Virus record (IMG/VR): IMGVR_UViG_3300050120_000158
Coordinates: 1 to 64,000 of that record
Source of the DNA: a virus
Length of the DNA: 64,000 nucleotides
Direction: 5' to 3' (one strand)
Position numbers and translations under genes: made by a program. Below the pieces are notes generated by a model. That model was not told the origin of the DNA, did no database searches, and saw nothing but the letters and a program-made list of their open reading frames with translations. Position 1 is the stretch's first letter. Every line of letters starts with the position of its first letter. Below are positions 1 to 9,611 of the stretch, one piece after another.

Positions 1-163
1 CGTTATCGACATCGCTAACCTTCATCATCGCTATTCCCCATTGTGCCGGGTATGAGCCAAGCGGAAGCGCTAGGACTATTCCACACCGGACTGAGTTTAG
101 TTGGGTACGTCCCGCGACAAAGCGTGAAATACACTTCGCCGTCGATGACGTAATAATACATCA

Positions 164-418
164 TCATGCCCTGCTCGCTTTCCTAAGCGCCTTCTTGGGC
201 ACGGGGAATTTGGGGGCGGGGGGTTTGGGTGCAGGAACCTGCACGTCGATCTTGACCGAACGCACGGTCTCAAGATCAAGATCAGTTAGCGCTCCGAGGG
301 CGTTGACGCTAGCTTCATACAGTAAGGCCCGCAAGTTCCCTTGCGAAGCCGGCTCTTTATTGACGACGACCCGTAAAGGTTCGACGGCCACGCCGTTGAC
401 GGTGACTTGGATTGACAT
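164..418 (-). CDS. hypothetical protein, paralog of 491..772
   Basis: Shares YEAxVNAxGA..LD motif with the neighbouring ORF. Confidence 0.7.
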   Translation of the reverse strand: MSIQVTVNGVAVEPLRVVVNKEPASQGNLRALLYEASVNALGALTDLDLETVRSVKIDVQVPAPKPPAPKFPVPKKALRKASRA

Positions 419-490
419 TGATTGGTTCCCACATATCGCGCATTATTGGCCGTAGCCGATGATGCTATTATACGCGAAATGCGGGGCTGA

Positions 491-772
491 TTAAAGAGAG
501 TTAGACAAGCCTTCATTGCGAGAAGGCATCGATACCGGCCCGTGCAGCGGAGTAAATATTTCAATGGTAATAGATGCGATCTTATCGTGATCGAGGCCGA
601 GGCACGCACCCCAAGCGTTAACACACGCTTCGTACATGACTGCGGTAAGATTATCACCGGCTAATGGCCGTCCGTTGGTAACCACCTTGATCGGAGTGGC
701 TCCACTCGCCATGATCGTGATCTTGATCGACGTGTGTGGTTCGGTTTCAGTACCGTGCTTCGTGCTAGCCAT
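491..772 (-). CDS. hypothetical protein, paralog of 164..418
   Basis: GAGGA RBS; shared YEACVNAWGA motif. Confidence 0.7.
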   Translation of the reverse strand: MASTKHGTETEPHTSIKITIMASGATPIKVVTNGRPLAGDNLTAVMYEACVNAWGACLGLDHDKIASITIEIFTPLHGPVSMPSRNEGLSNSL

Positions 773-971
773 TTAATTGTTCCTCGTTACTGTCTGTAAT
801 CGTGACACTACCGAGCGTGACACTTTCCTTTGACGTGGATACTGACTGTTGGATTTACGCATTACTATTTACTCCATACGTATTTACACTTTGTTAAAAA
901 CTCCCCCCGTATTTTCTTGATTAAACCACCGCGAAATTTTGCATGTAATCTTTGAGAAGTTTGCATGCTTT

Positions 972-1271
972 TTAGAGTATATCTGTGTCCAATAGAAGCT
1001 GCGCATGCCGGATAAAGCCCGACTTAACACCACTATACTTGCGCATATCCTCGCCAAGTTTACCGATTGCTTTACCACGATCAGTAAGACGGTAGCCGGG
1101 ACCATCCCATATAAATTCTTCGATAAGCTTGTTCTCGACCGCCGATGCAATTCCAAATGGGTATGCAAGCGCTACCGCGTCCCAAGCAGGGCACCAGTGT
1201 TCGTGAGAGTTAACCTCGTCACCTTCAAAGAGATACCCGAGGAAGTTGAGCATGTTTTCCGATAGCTTCAA
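972..1271 (-). CDS. hypothetical protein, possible winged-helix
   Basis: GYRLTDRGK wing-like motif; overlaps the upstream ORF by 4 nt. Confidence 0.6.
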   Translation of the reverse strand: MKLSENMLNFLGYLFEGDEVNSHEHWCPAWDAVALAYPFGIASAVENKLIEEFIWDGPGYRLTDRGKAIGKLGEDMRKYSGVKSGFIRHAQLLLDTDIL

Positions 1272-1498
1272 TGCATTCTCCTATTGCCGTCGCTGACCAT
1301 AATCAGCTTGTAGCTGCGGTTCAATTCAGCGCAGAGCGCTTCGACCGTTTGCTGCGTTGCTTGAGGATGCCCGGCTTCCAAATAGAAAGCCATAGCTCCC
1401 GCGTAGAACACGTCCCGAATTTGGTTGGCGTGATCTTCATCCTCCATAAGGATATGGTGTTCCTTGAGGAAGGTTGACCAGCGATGCTGCAATGACAT
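1268..1498 (-). CDS. hypothetical phage protein
   Basis: RDVFYAGA motif; operon packing. Confidence 0.65.
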   Translation of the reverse strand: MSLQHRWSTFLKEHHILMEDEDHANQIRDVFYAGAMAFYLEAGHPQATQQTVEALCAELNRSYKLIMVSDGNRRMH

Positions 1499-1504
1499 TA
1501 CGCT

Positions 1505-1849
1505 TTACTCCGGTTTGAAGTCCGCCGCTGGCTTGACTTCGATCTGGCCAGATTTGAGAACGCCGCTATCTACGCCGAGATGCACGTCCGCGAAATGATG
1601 TGCCATCTGCAACATAGCATCGTCGATATCCTCCGCTTCGAAGGTAGCATCCGCGATAATACGAAAGAGCTTCGAATTTTGTATTGCAGGAACCTGCAAA
1701 TTAGCAATCTCGGATATTTTCTGACAGCCGTTTGGAAATTCGCTCCCAGTCCAGCCGCAGCCGTCGCATTGGTATTCCCCAGTAGCGAACGACCTTGTGA
1801 TTGCACAGCCCGGAGGCATTAGCGCGTTCTCTTGTCGTAGTAGTGCCAT
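1505..1849 (-). CDS. hypothetical protein with Cys cluster
   Basis: C..CDGCG..C; operon packing. Confidence 0.6.
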   Translation of the reverse strand: MALLRQENALMPPGCAITRSFATGEYQCDGCGWTGSEFPNGCQKISEIANLQVPAIQNSKLFRIIADATFEAEDIDDAMLQMAHHFADVHLGVDSGVLKSGQIEVKPAADFKPE

Positions 1850-2340
1850 GTCGCGATCCTGTCTTGCTTTGGTCTTACTAGCTCTTTGTAGTTTTCCCGG
1901 GGAGAATTTTTTAGAACGGCTTTGTCCCCGTGATGCACCACGCGATTGTGGAACACACTATCATTGTAAGCTTTTGCGACGCCCAATTTAGCAATTTCAT
2001 GGTAGTTCCCCGTTATCGCAGATTATTGTTAACGAAGATTAATATAGCCGATTATTATAGTTACCGCAATGCCGCAAGAGCTATGTGACTATCTGCCGCG
2101 ATTTATTATGCTTTCCATGCCTTTGTGCCCCGAAATGGGACGCATTGTCTTACAGCGCTGTCTTACACCATTTCGTATATTTTTTGCTGGGGATTTTTGC
2201 ACTTGTACATATAGGGAGGGGGTCGTGGCACTGCTGCCGTTTCGCGGCGTGTCCGATTGATCGTATGCATGTTTAGGATGTCGCGGCGATGCATATGTGC
2301 GATAGCATTTAGAATGCATTAGGATGACCGCTGATAGGCA

Positions 2341-2366
2341 AAGAAAAACCGGGCACGTATGCCCGG
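2341..2366 (-). terminator. intrinsic terminator
   Basis: CCGGGCA-cgta-TGCCCGG stem followed by a U-tract on the minus strand. Confidence 0.75.
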
Positions 2367-2397
2367 CTGATAGGGTTGGCGCTATGGCTGGCCCGCG

Positions 2398-2856
2398 TTA
2401 GGCTTTGGTGGACGTTCCGAGGGCGGTGATAGTGAAGCTATGGCCGTCCGCGCTGGCCGCGATAAGGCCCGCTTTCGCAAGGCGGTTGATAACCCCGGCG
2501 TCGTGCGGCTTGTTAGAGCCGAGGTGAGCCGGGCGCAGGCCGCTTGCAACGATGGACGCAAGCGTAGCAATGCCGCCGGTTTGGGTCGCGGCGTGCCGAC
2601 GATAGAAACCGAGGTAGGCTGTATCCCGGTCGCTAAGGGTGCCGAAGTTGGTACGCTGGGCAACGACGGTTGCAGCGGTACGGGTAATGTTAGCCGAGGG
2701 CTTGGCAACGGCAGGCACCGCAATGACGGCAGGCACGGCGGCGGGCTTGGCAACGGTGGCAGCAACCGCAACCGGCTTTGCAGCGGCTTTGGTGACGGTG
2801 GCAACGGTTGCGGTTGCAGCGGGCTTGGCAACGATTTTGCGGGTTGATTTGGCCAT
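2398..2856 (-). CDS. Ala/Lys/Pro-rich tail plus putative winged-helix DNA-binding protein
   Basis: GGAG RBS before ATG 2856; H1-like N-terminus; DAGVINRLAKAGLI...FTITALG; similar to 8624..9106. Confidence 0.65.
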   Translation of the reverse strand: MAKSTRKIVAKPAATATVATVTKAAAKPVAVAATVAKPAAVPAVIAVPAVAKPSANITRTAATVVAQRTNFGTLSDRDTAYLGFYRRHAATQTGGIATLASIVASGLRPAHLGSNKPHDAGVINRLAKAGLIAASADGHSFTITALGTSTKA

Positions 2857-3531
2857 GATGTAAGCTCCGGTATTAAGCCGCGTTGCATGCGGCGGGTTAA
2901 CGGTGCGGGTTGCGCCGTCGAATGCAAACCTGCCCGATGATTGTAAGACGCGCAAGCGAAATCGCGTACCCATAGCGATAAATCGAAATCACGTATTGTT
3001 GCAGACGTATGGCGCTAGGATTGCATTAGCGCGGCGCTGGTATGCCATCCGCTTGCCCGGTATGTTGCTATGGAATTGCCGAAATAACGCATAGCGCGCC
3101 AAATCGGTTTTTTAGTTTGCAGGAACCCGCAACGGTCCTAGTTGGCATGTCGATTGCAGACGCCGCAATGCACCTACCGCAACGCACCTACATGCTGCGG
3201 CGCATCTACCGCACAACACCTAACGCGTTGCACATACACGAATTGTTGCGACTTCATCAAGATTTGTTACTTCAACTCCATAGCAACAGTGTTACTCCAT
3301 TACAACATCGAGAGATGTAACTCCTTTACAACAACTACTCCATTGCAACATGTTACTGTAAGACAACATTCTACTTTCGACGTGTTACTTTCATACAACA
3401 ACTCCACCTTCTTACTACTTCTTCTCCAACTTCTTCAACAACTCCTTCTTCATCTTCTTTGTCTTACATACACGCACATTTACCTATCTACTTCTTGGCT
3501 GTAATACATGCGTACATTTACCTATCAGCAC

Positions 3532-3559
3532 AAAAAAAGACCCTGCGACTTAGCAGGGT
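3532..3559 (-). terminator. intrinsic terminator
   Basis: ACCCTGC/GCAGGGT stem plus U-tract on the minus strand. Confidence 0.7.
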
Positions 3560-3574
3560 AGTTTGGGGGTAAAC

Positions 3575-3727
3575 TTAGTTGATTGATGCAATCCAAAGCT
3601 GCGCATGAGACAGCGCAATCTCGGGAGTTAGGTATTCGTATTTGCTGGTTTGCATTAAGTCGCCGTTTTCATGGACGACGACGAACTGCCAGACACCATC
3701 GGTGTTTTGATTGAGAATGATGCTCAT
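3575..3727 (-). CDS. 50-aa hypothetical protein (below ORF-track cutoff)
   Basis: MSIILNQNTDGVWQFVVVHENG...; GGAG RBS; terminator downstream. Confidence 0.6.
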   Translation of the reverse strand: MSIILNQNTDGVWQFVVVHENGDLMQTSKYEYLTPEIALSHAQLWIASIN

Positions 3728-3736
3728 GTGGCTCTC

Positions 3737-3802
3737 CTAGTGATGTAAGACGTATGTGAGAACAAGTGCGAAGCAGAGGATGCTGAATAACACCGCTTTC
3801 AT
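3737..3802 (-). CDS. 21-aa hydrophobic peptide
   Basis: MKAVLFSILCFALVLTYVLHH; TAATG coupling to the upstream ORF. Confidence 0.45.
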   Translation of the reverse strand: MKAVLFSILCFALVLTYVLHH

Positions 3803-3888
3803 TAGAAGCCAACTGCGTTGCAGGCGACCGCGAGCATGATAGGCAGAAGGATGATGCTCATTACGAGCGTGATACCGAACGTCTTCAT
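3802..3888 (-). CDS. 28-aa hydrophobic peptide
   Basis: MKTFGITLVMSIILLPIMLAVACNAVGF; AGGGG upstream. Confidence 0.45.
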   Translation of the reverse strand: MKTFGITLVMSIILLPIMLAVACNAVGF

Positions 3889-4460
3889 TTGATTAACCCC
3901 TACTTATTGTTTGCCCCGGCTTGCTGCCGGTTTGAGTAGAATAGATAGTTTGCAGGAACCCGCAACGCCGGATTACTTTACATGGATAGCTGCCTTACAT
4001 AGCGTATTACACCATCTCCATCACCACCTACAACACCTTCTTCAACTATGTAATACACCAACAACTACAACAACATACTTGCACATTTACCTAGCGCCAT
4101 TTGTCTAGCTACTTCAACTTCATCACCACCTCCAACTTCTTCAATAAAAATTAGGATCGCCCTTTTGCCTCGCTACAACGTGAGGCAAGTTCATCTAGGT
4201 TGACTATGGGGGTAATGCCTAGGGGGTCTATGGAGTGTCCTATAGGAGGGTTATACGTTGTGTGTCATTTGCCTGCCTATCTTGGCTTTACTATATAGTG
4301 TCTCTTTACATGCGTCCGCGATTAGCAGTTTTTATTGCCCCGGCGATAACGTGGTTTCTAAGTGTTTGTGGGGATTGGTCTTACATCGTAATACGATGTT
4401 GCACTAAATAGGTGATTTCAAAGTGGGTGTGACTCATACAGAGTCTAATTATCTTGTAGG

Positions 4461-4700
4461 CTACTTGAGGTCGAGAGCTTTGGGGTATAGAGCAATCTCT
4501 ATTCCACGTTCGTCTTCGAAGGCATAGCTGGTTTGTGCATAGCCATATCCCTTACTTACTAACTCGGCCGCGATTAGCAGGTTTTCAGCAGTAACTTGGA
4601 TATAGAGTTGTGTCTTACGAAGGGACTGGATCAGTTTCAATGCGCCCGGCGTAAGATCGGTTTGGGGTTTACTGACGTTGATCTTGCGTGGTCGTCTCAT
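4461..4700 (-). CDS. hypothetical protein
   Basis: ORF in minus-strand operon. Confidence 0.55.
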   Translation of the reverse strand: MRRPRKINVSKPQTDLTPGALKLIQSLRKTQLYIQVTAENLLIAAELVSKGYGYAQTSYAFEDERGIEIALYPKALDLK

Positions 4701-4880
4701 TGTATTACGTCCGGCCTATAGCGGCTGCTTGCTCGCGCAATGCTTTGGCTTCGTTAAGCAACACCAGCTTTTCAGCTAGCGTTACGTTGTGGCCCTTTGA
4801 GGCATCGTGTATCACCATCGCTTTACCGAGCAAAGCGGTAATCTCGATGAATTGTTCGTGCGTAACCTCGCGAACGTCGC

Positions 4881-5102
4881 TCATTGCTCGTCAACCTCGT
4901 CTGTGGGTACCCATGCGTAGCGATACTTGGGATCGTGGGTATTGCCGGTTAACTTAATCAGTAGATCGACCGACGCTACCGCCCACATGGAGTTTATCTT
5001 GCTGGGGTATTCGACATTGGTGCCTTTAGGCAATACAACATCGGTACCCCAGAGGTTGATGGGCAGATCGCGCTTTAGTTTACCTGTGCGTTGCTTGGGC
5101 AT
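4881..5102 (-). CDS. hypothetical protein
   Basis: ORF in operon. Confidence 0.6.
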   Translation of the reverse strand: MPKQRTGKLKRDLPINLWGTDVVLPKGTNVEYPSKINSMWAVASVDLLIKLTGNTHDPKYRYAWVPTDEVDEQ

Positions 5103-5108
5103 TTTGTA

Positions 5109-5411
5109 TTACTCCGGCTTTGCAGGTTCCTGCACGATTGGTTTGACACGTTGCGCTTCGATCCATACCCGAACGTCGGTCTTGAGGTATATATGGCCCA
5201 TCTTAAGTCGAACCGCCGCTCGCGGCATTAGCATAGGATAGTTGACAACTCGCCGCCAGATCGTTCCGCTTTTGAATTGGCATATCGCCGCTACTTCCGC
5301 CGCGCCAAGATAGAAACTCGGGTAGTCGTCAAGCCGCTTCAATGCCGCGTCAACATCGACGAGCATGCAGTTGTTGAAGCCGACCGGCCTATCGAGTTTC
5401 TTGATGGGCAT
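5109..5411 (-). CDS. AlpA/Xis-like helix-turn-helix protein
   Basis: LGAAEVAAICQFKSGTIWRR...P.AVRL...IYLKTDVRVWI pattern. Confidence 0.65.
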   Translation of the reverse strand: MPIKKLDRPVGFNNCMLVDVDAALKRLDDYPSFYLGAAEVAAICQFKSGTIWRRVVNYPMLMPRAAVRLKMGHIYLKTDVRVWIEAQRVKPIVQEPAKPE

Positions 5412-5710
5412 TAGCGATATCGCATAGCTTGCGCGATACTTGTGTCACCAAGGTACGCCAGCATTGAGTCACATGGTTTAGGCGGCTGACCGGTGGCGTT
5501 TTTGTTGGATACGATATCTTGAGCCATGAGTGCGTTTATCGACCACTGATAGAGCGTGGGATACGCCATCGTCATGAATTCTTGATAGGTAGGGAATTTC
5601 TCGGTGCAAGATGCCGCGTTGTCGGAGTTCGACACTGGCTTATGGGCACAACCGGCGAGGATGAATGACAGCGCGATTAATGAAATGATACGCATTGAAT
5701 TACTCCGCAA
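5411..5710 (-). CDS. putative lipoprotein
   Basis: Hydrophobic signal ending in the lipobox LAGC. Confidence 0.65.
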   Translation of the reverse strand: MRSNSMRIISLIALSFILAGCAHKPVSNSDNAASCTEKFPTYQEFMTMAYPTLYQWSINALMAQDIVSNKNATGQPPKPCDSMLAYLGDTSIAQAMRYR

Positions 5711-6198
5711 TTATTTCTTTTTCGAGTTGTGCCGCGATTAGGTCCAACTGGGCGGCAACGTAGGTATCGACCCTAGCATCCGTTTTTGTCTTACGCAAGG
5801 CTGCGGAGCGCCGCTTCTGTGAAGCTAGGTTGCGCAGATGGTCCGCGACTTCTTTGGGTGTGTTCATTGTCGCGGCTTGATTGTTGATAGCAAAAGCAGG
5901 ACGCCGATCATCATGCTTATGATCATGGGGGCGGAATTGGTTTTGGTACCGTCGTAATCATCACTGAAGAAATTGATGTAGAACGGAGCGAGGATTAATC
6001 CAATACCAAGTATGGCGCGCATCTTCATGGCTTAACTCCATTACGGTCGCAGAATTGGAGCATGTGCCAGTTGTGCTGCACATAGTCCGCCGCTTCGCGA
6101 AGGCCGATAACTTTCCAAAGACGATAGGCTTTGATCGCCTCAATCATCCGGCCATGGCGAACCGCTTCGTTGAACTGTTCATGATAGTTTTCCATGGA

Positions 6199-6408
6199 TC
6201 ACCCGTGGTAGTCGTCGTGGCAGGATTTCGAGCAGAACAACCCTTTATGCCGGTGCTTGCTGCCGCCATCGCTTTCGCTGTAGTAGCAGAACAGCTTCTT
6301 GTTGGTCCGATCACTGCCGCACCAATCGCACGTTCTGCCGGATGCTGCAACGCTTTCGCGATGTAGCTCTTGGCGCGCAAATGGATCGCGGCTGATAAGA
6401 CGGCTCAT
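6199..6408 (-). CDS. small Zn-finger protein
   Basis: CDWC...FCSKSC. Confidence 0.6.
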   Translation of the reverse strand: MSRLISRDPFARQELHRESVAASGRTCDWCGSDRTNKKLFCYYSESDGGSKHRHKGLFCSKSCHDDYHG

Positions 6409-6593
6409 GCGTAATACCTCAGTCCATCGTCGGCTACAAACCAGCATTTCTTGGTACGTGTGCCGCGATGGCAGCAATCCTCTACTTTGAACGTCCGGTA
6501 ATGCGTCGCGCCTTCGCCGAAGCGGATTTCAAGTCTGGTTGGCGAACGATGGTATTGGCATTCAATAACATCGTCTCGTACTGGTAAGCTCAT
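6405..6593 (-). CDS. hypothetical phage protein
   Basis: ATGA overlap; RFGEGATHYRTF. Confidence 0.55.
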   Translation of the reverse strand: MSLPVRDDVIECQYHRSPTRLEIRFGEGATHYRTFKVEDCCHRGTRTKKCWFVADDGLRYYA

Positions 6594-6738
6594 GACCGAT
6601 TTCCGAATGACAGTTGCAGATAGATATCTGCGAGGATTTCGTAGGAGCGGATAACTGCCCGCTGATGGTGTGACGACAACAACGCATGGATGCGGCGCGC
6701 GTTGTAAAAACTTTGGACGTGGAAACAATGGTTAGGCA

Positions 6739-7065
6739 TCACTTGACTCCCAGTAACTTGCCGAACGGCTCGAAATTGCCACGCAACATTTCGTCAGCGA
6801 CGTATCGCCCCGCAGCGCGCATAGCACTATTCTTGCGCCGCACTTCGCGATTGTTGCGCTCAAGGCCATCGACACTATCGAAGCCCATGTGTTTCGCCGC
6901 TACGTTGCGGAAGGCATCTTCGAAAGAGCTACCCATGGCCTCGGTCTTGCCGATCATGCCGTGAAAGCGTTTGGTCTCGGCGTGTTGCCACACCTTGCCG
7001 ATCCGGTTGCGTCCGCGATAGATCGAACGCCACGGATATCCGTCGTTCTTGAGAGTAAGGCGCAT
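6739..7065 (-). CDS. hypothetical protein
   Basis: GGAG RBS; ORF. Confidence 0.65.
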   Translation of the reverse strand: MRLTLKNDGYPWRSIYRGRNRIGKVWQHAETKRFHGMIGKTEAMGSSFEDAFRNVAAKHMGFDSVDGLERNNREVRRKNSAMRAAGRYVADEMLRGNFEPFGKLLGVK

Positions 7066-7141
7066 TGCTCGTCTCCGTTACCCGCGTTGCATGCGGTAAC
7101 GAGATTATAACCGATGATCAGTTATGATTGGGGATTGATTA

Positions 7142-7600
7142 CTAGACTTGAACGCTGGTGCGCCGCTGTAATGGGAATAATCGAACCCCATTCACGTTGC
7201 GAATAGCAGCGCCGATGATTTCTTCAATCACCTCGGGATGCACAAAATCCCAATGAGGTATTTCAATCCGCAGATCGCACACGAACTGTTTGTATAAGAA
7301 CGCCCCGCGCTTGCCGCTTTTGAGCGTGTTGTAAACTTCCTCTTTGTGCCCGAACTCGACCGCGCTAATGCGTTTCTTGGAGGCACTATTCAATCGGTAA
7401 GTTATCCTAACGTCCTTACCGTATGGTATTACAACGCCGTCGCGGTTAGCCAGCCAGCGCACGTATTTGATCGCGCGGCTTTCGTTGTATTCTGTCGGTG
7501 TTTCACCGCTCTTGAGGCCGTTGGTTACCCGGTGCTTGACACGATAACCTTTGACCGCAATGTGGGTAACCCGGATATTCATGAGGTTTTCAATTCCCAT
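7142..7600 (-). CDS. hypothetical protein
   Basis: ORF in operon. Confidence 0.6.
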   Translation of the reverse strand: MGIENLMNIRVTHIAVKGYRVKHRVTNGLKSGETPTEYNESRAIKYVRWLANRDGVVIPYGKDVRITYRLNSASKKRISAVEFGHKEEVYNTLKSGKRGAFLYKQFVCDLRIEIPHWDFVHPEVIEEIIGAAIRNVNGVRLFPLQRRTSVQV

Positions 7601-7854
7601 TGTTCAACGCCATTGTTGGCATCGTGGCATGAAATGCGCGTGATATTTTCAAATCCTTTCATCGTGTCGAGCGCAACCTTGTGGCGGTTATATTCCTTCT
7701 TGTTATCCCAGTTGATAACGATGCTGTCTTGAAGTGTAGCCATTGTAGCTCTCCTGTTGAAGTTACTTGGTGAATGGTTGGGGCGGATGGGGACTCGCCA
7801 TCCGCCCCGCTACGTGCCGATGATAGCATCACCACACCATCGGCACGTAGTAGC

Positions 7855-8148
7855 TTACGCCGCCTTCTTGGCGGGAGTCTTGGTCGCGGGCTTGGCGGCA
7901 ATTTCCGGCATTGCCGAAGTCAGTCCGAACGCGATGGCGACACGGTTCGCGGCGTCCGTTCCGATGGCGAACGAAATGCCCTTGCCGGGGCACCAAGCTT
8001 CGTTTTCGTCCTGATAGACTTCCCGCAGATGGACGGACTTTTTGCCCTTCCACTCGGCGACGTATGCCCACTTGGGATTGCGGCCCTTCGGCTCAACGAC
8101 GACGATATCGGTCGGCTTGAAATCGCTGCGCGTCACGTATTCGGTCAT
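7855..8148 (-). CDS. PC4/p15-like ssDNA-binding protein
   Basis: EWKGKKSVHLREVYQDENEAWCPGKGISF matches the PC4 signature. Confidence 0.8.
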   Translation of the reverse strand: MTEYVTRSDFKPTDIVVVEPKGRNPKWAYVAEWKGKKSVHLREVYQDENEAWCPGKGISFAIGTDAANRVAIAFGLTSAMPEIAAKPATKTPAKKAA

Positions 8149-8209
8149 TGTCTTGCTCCGTTGCTGCGTTGGCGTTATTGCCCGATGCAGTGGGATTATA
8201 AGAGCAGGG

Positions 8210-8488
8210 TTATTTCACCCCGGCAAACGAATAGACCTTTCCATGGTCGTCGGTAACAAGACGATCAGCGATGAATTCTCTATACGAGGTTTCGGTCTTG
8301 GTCAAACCGAGCCACTTCATGCTATGCACGTCGATCTTGTGCAGCATCTCCGGTAGTTCGGTAAGCGGAACGGACGGCCAGAGTTTAACAATCTGGTAGA
8401 ATTCATCGTACCGATGTTGTGCTACGCTGCGATAGCGCATGATAGAGGCGTGCGCTTCTTCGGTCAAATTCTGAGCATGCGATTTCAT
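8210..8488 (-). CDS. hypothetical protein
   Basis: GAGG RBS, promoter upstream. Confidence 0.6.
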   Translation of the reverse strand: MKSHAQNLTEEAHASIMRYRSVAQHRYDEFYQIVKLWPSVPLTELPEMLHKIDVHSMKWLGLTKTETSYREFIADRLVTDDHGKVYSFAGVK

Positions 8489-8623
8489 AACCCGTCCTCA
8501 AAGACGAAAAGCTGATTTTTAGATTATAGCGAAAAATCTGCTATATGGAAAGCCCCGGCAACTTGTCTTGAAACGCAAAGAGCGGCCCAACGCGGGCCGC
8601 CCTATACGTGGTGTAGTAGCTAC

Positions 8624-9106
8624 TTAGCCGTGCGCGGGGAGGAACTTGAGACCGTCCGCCGTGAACTGCAACATGCAATTCTCGGAAGCCGGGTCGCCCG
8701 ACACATGGGCAACGTAGCCCTTGCGGATCAGGTAGTTGAGAATGCCAGCGTCGGCGTTAGCCCGCTCAAACGCCTTGCCCGCGTACTTGGCACGCAGCGC
8801 CTTGCCGACCTTCTCGGTGCGCTCCGTAAGCACATAACTCGGGGCGGTCGCGAAGGCGGCAATGTCGAGTGCAGTGCGCGACTTGCGCTTGTTGAGGCCA
8901 GCCGATGGCCCGGCGTATTGCGACACAACCTCGTGGGTGTGGCGCTCGACCTTCGGCGCGCGCGGGGTCTTCGGCGCGACGATGATCTTCGGCGGGGCTT
9001 CCACCTTGGCGGCCTTGACCGGCGCGGCGGTGACGATCTTGGGAGCGACGGCTTTCGGCGCGGCTTTAATGGGGAGCGCCGCAGTAACGATTTTGCGAGT
9101 AGCCAT
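8624..9106 (-). CDS. Ala/Lys/Pro-rich tail plus putative winged-helix protein
   Basis: AGGAGG RBS; DAGILNYLIRKGYV...LQFTADG; similar to 2398..2856. Confidence 0.7.
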   Translation of the reverse strand: MATRKIVTAALPIKAAPKAVAPKIVTAAPVKAAKVEAPPKIIVAPKTPRAPKVERHTHEVVSQYAGPSAGLNKRKSRTALDIAAFATAPSYVLTERTEKVGKALRAKYAGKAFERANADAGILNYLIRKGYVAHVSGDPASENCMLQFTADGLKFLPAHG

Positions 9107-9188
9107 GATAACCTCCTGTTGCAATCCGCAGAATTGCGGGTCGTTGCAATTTGGACGTTATCTGGTTTGCAGGAACCCGCAAGCGGAT

Positions 9189-9611
9189 TTAACTGGACTT
9201 GGCCGCTTGCGTCTTGGACTTGTTATCCGCTTTGTTTTCGATACTAGTTCCGTACTTGAGATTAAACAACGCATTATTAATTCCGTTGTCCAAGTGGCGC
9301 GTCTCCATACCAGCAGGCAAAGGTCCGCAGAACGCGAGCATAACAACTCGATGAACGTACCACGTTTCGGTGACACCATTCTTAGAGAGGTCGAGACCGA
9401 GGTATTTCTTACCAATGAAATTTAACTTTCGCGCCCTAGCCTTTCGGACCATGGTGCTTCGGTTCGGAGAAGTGACGATCCTAGCAACTGCCCTGACGCG
9501 GCCAAGATTTGAAACTTCATAAATATCCTCGTAAGACGGCACAGGACGCCAAACTTCGATCCCTCGTCTGGATTTTACAAGCGCATCATAGTCTCTGACG
9601 GGCGTGGCCAT
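9189..9611 (-). CDS. NUMOD4-HNH homing endonuclease
   Basis: WRPVPSYEDIYEVSNLGRVR; VHRVVMLAF; RHLDN. Confidence 0.85.
   Translation of the reverse strand: MATPVRDYDALVKSRRGIEVWRPVPSYEDIYEVSNLGRVRAVARIVTSPNRSTMVRKARARKLNFIGKKYLGLDLSKNGVTETWYVHRVVMLAFCGPLPAGMETRHLDNGINNALFNLKYGTSIENKADNKSKTQAAKSS

Noticed and set aside
3142-3504. Leu/Thr-rich plus-strand ORFs (also 3911..4108)
   Set aside because: By-products of the G-free low-complexity tracts; no RBS
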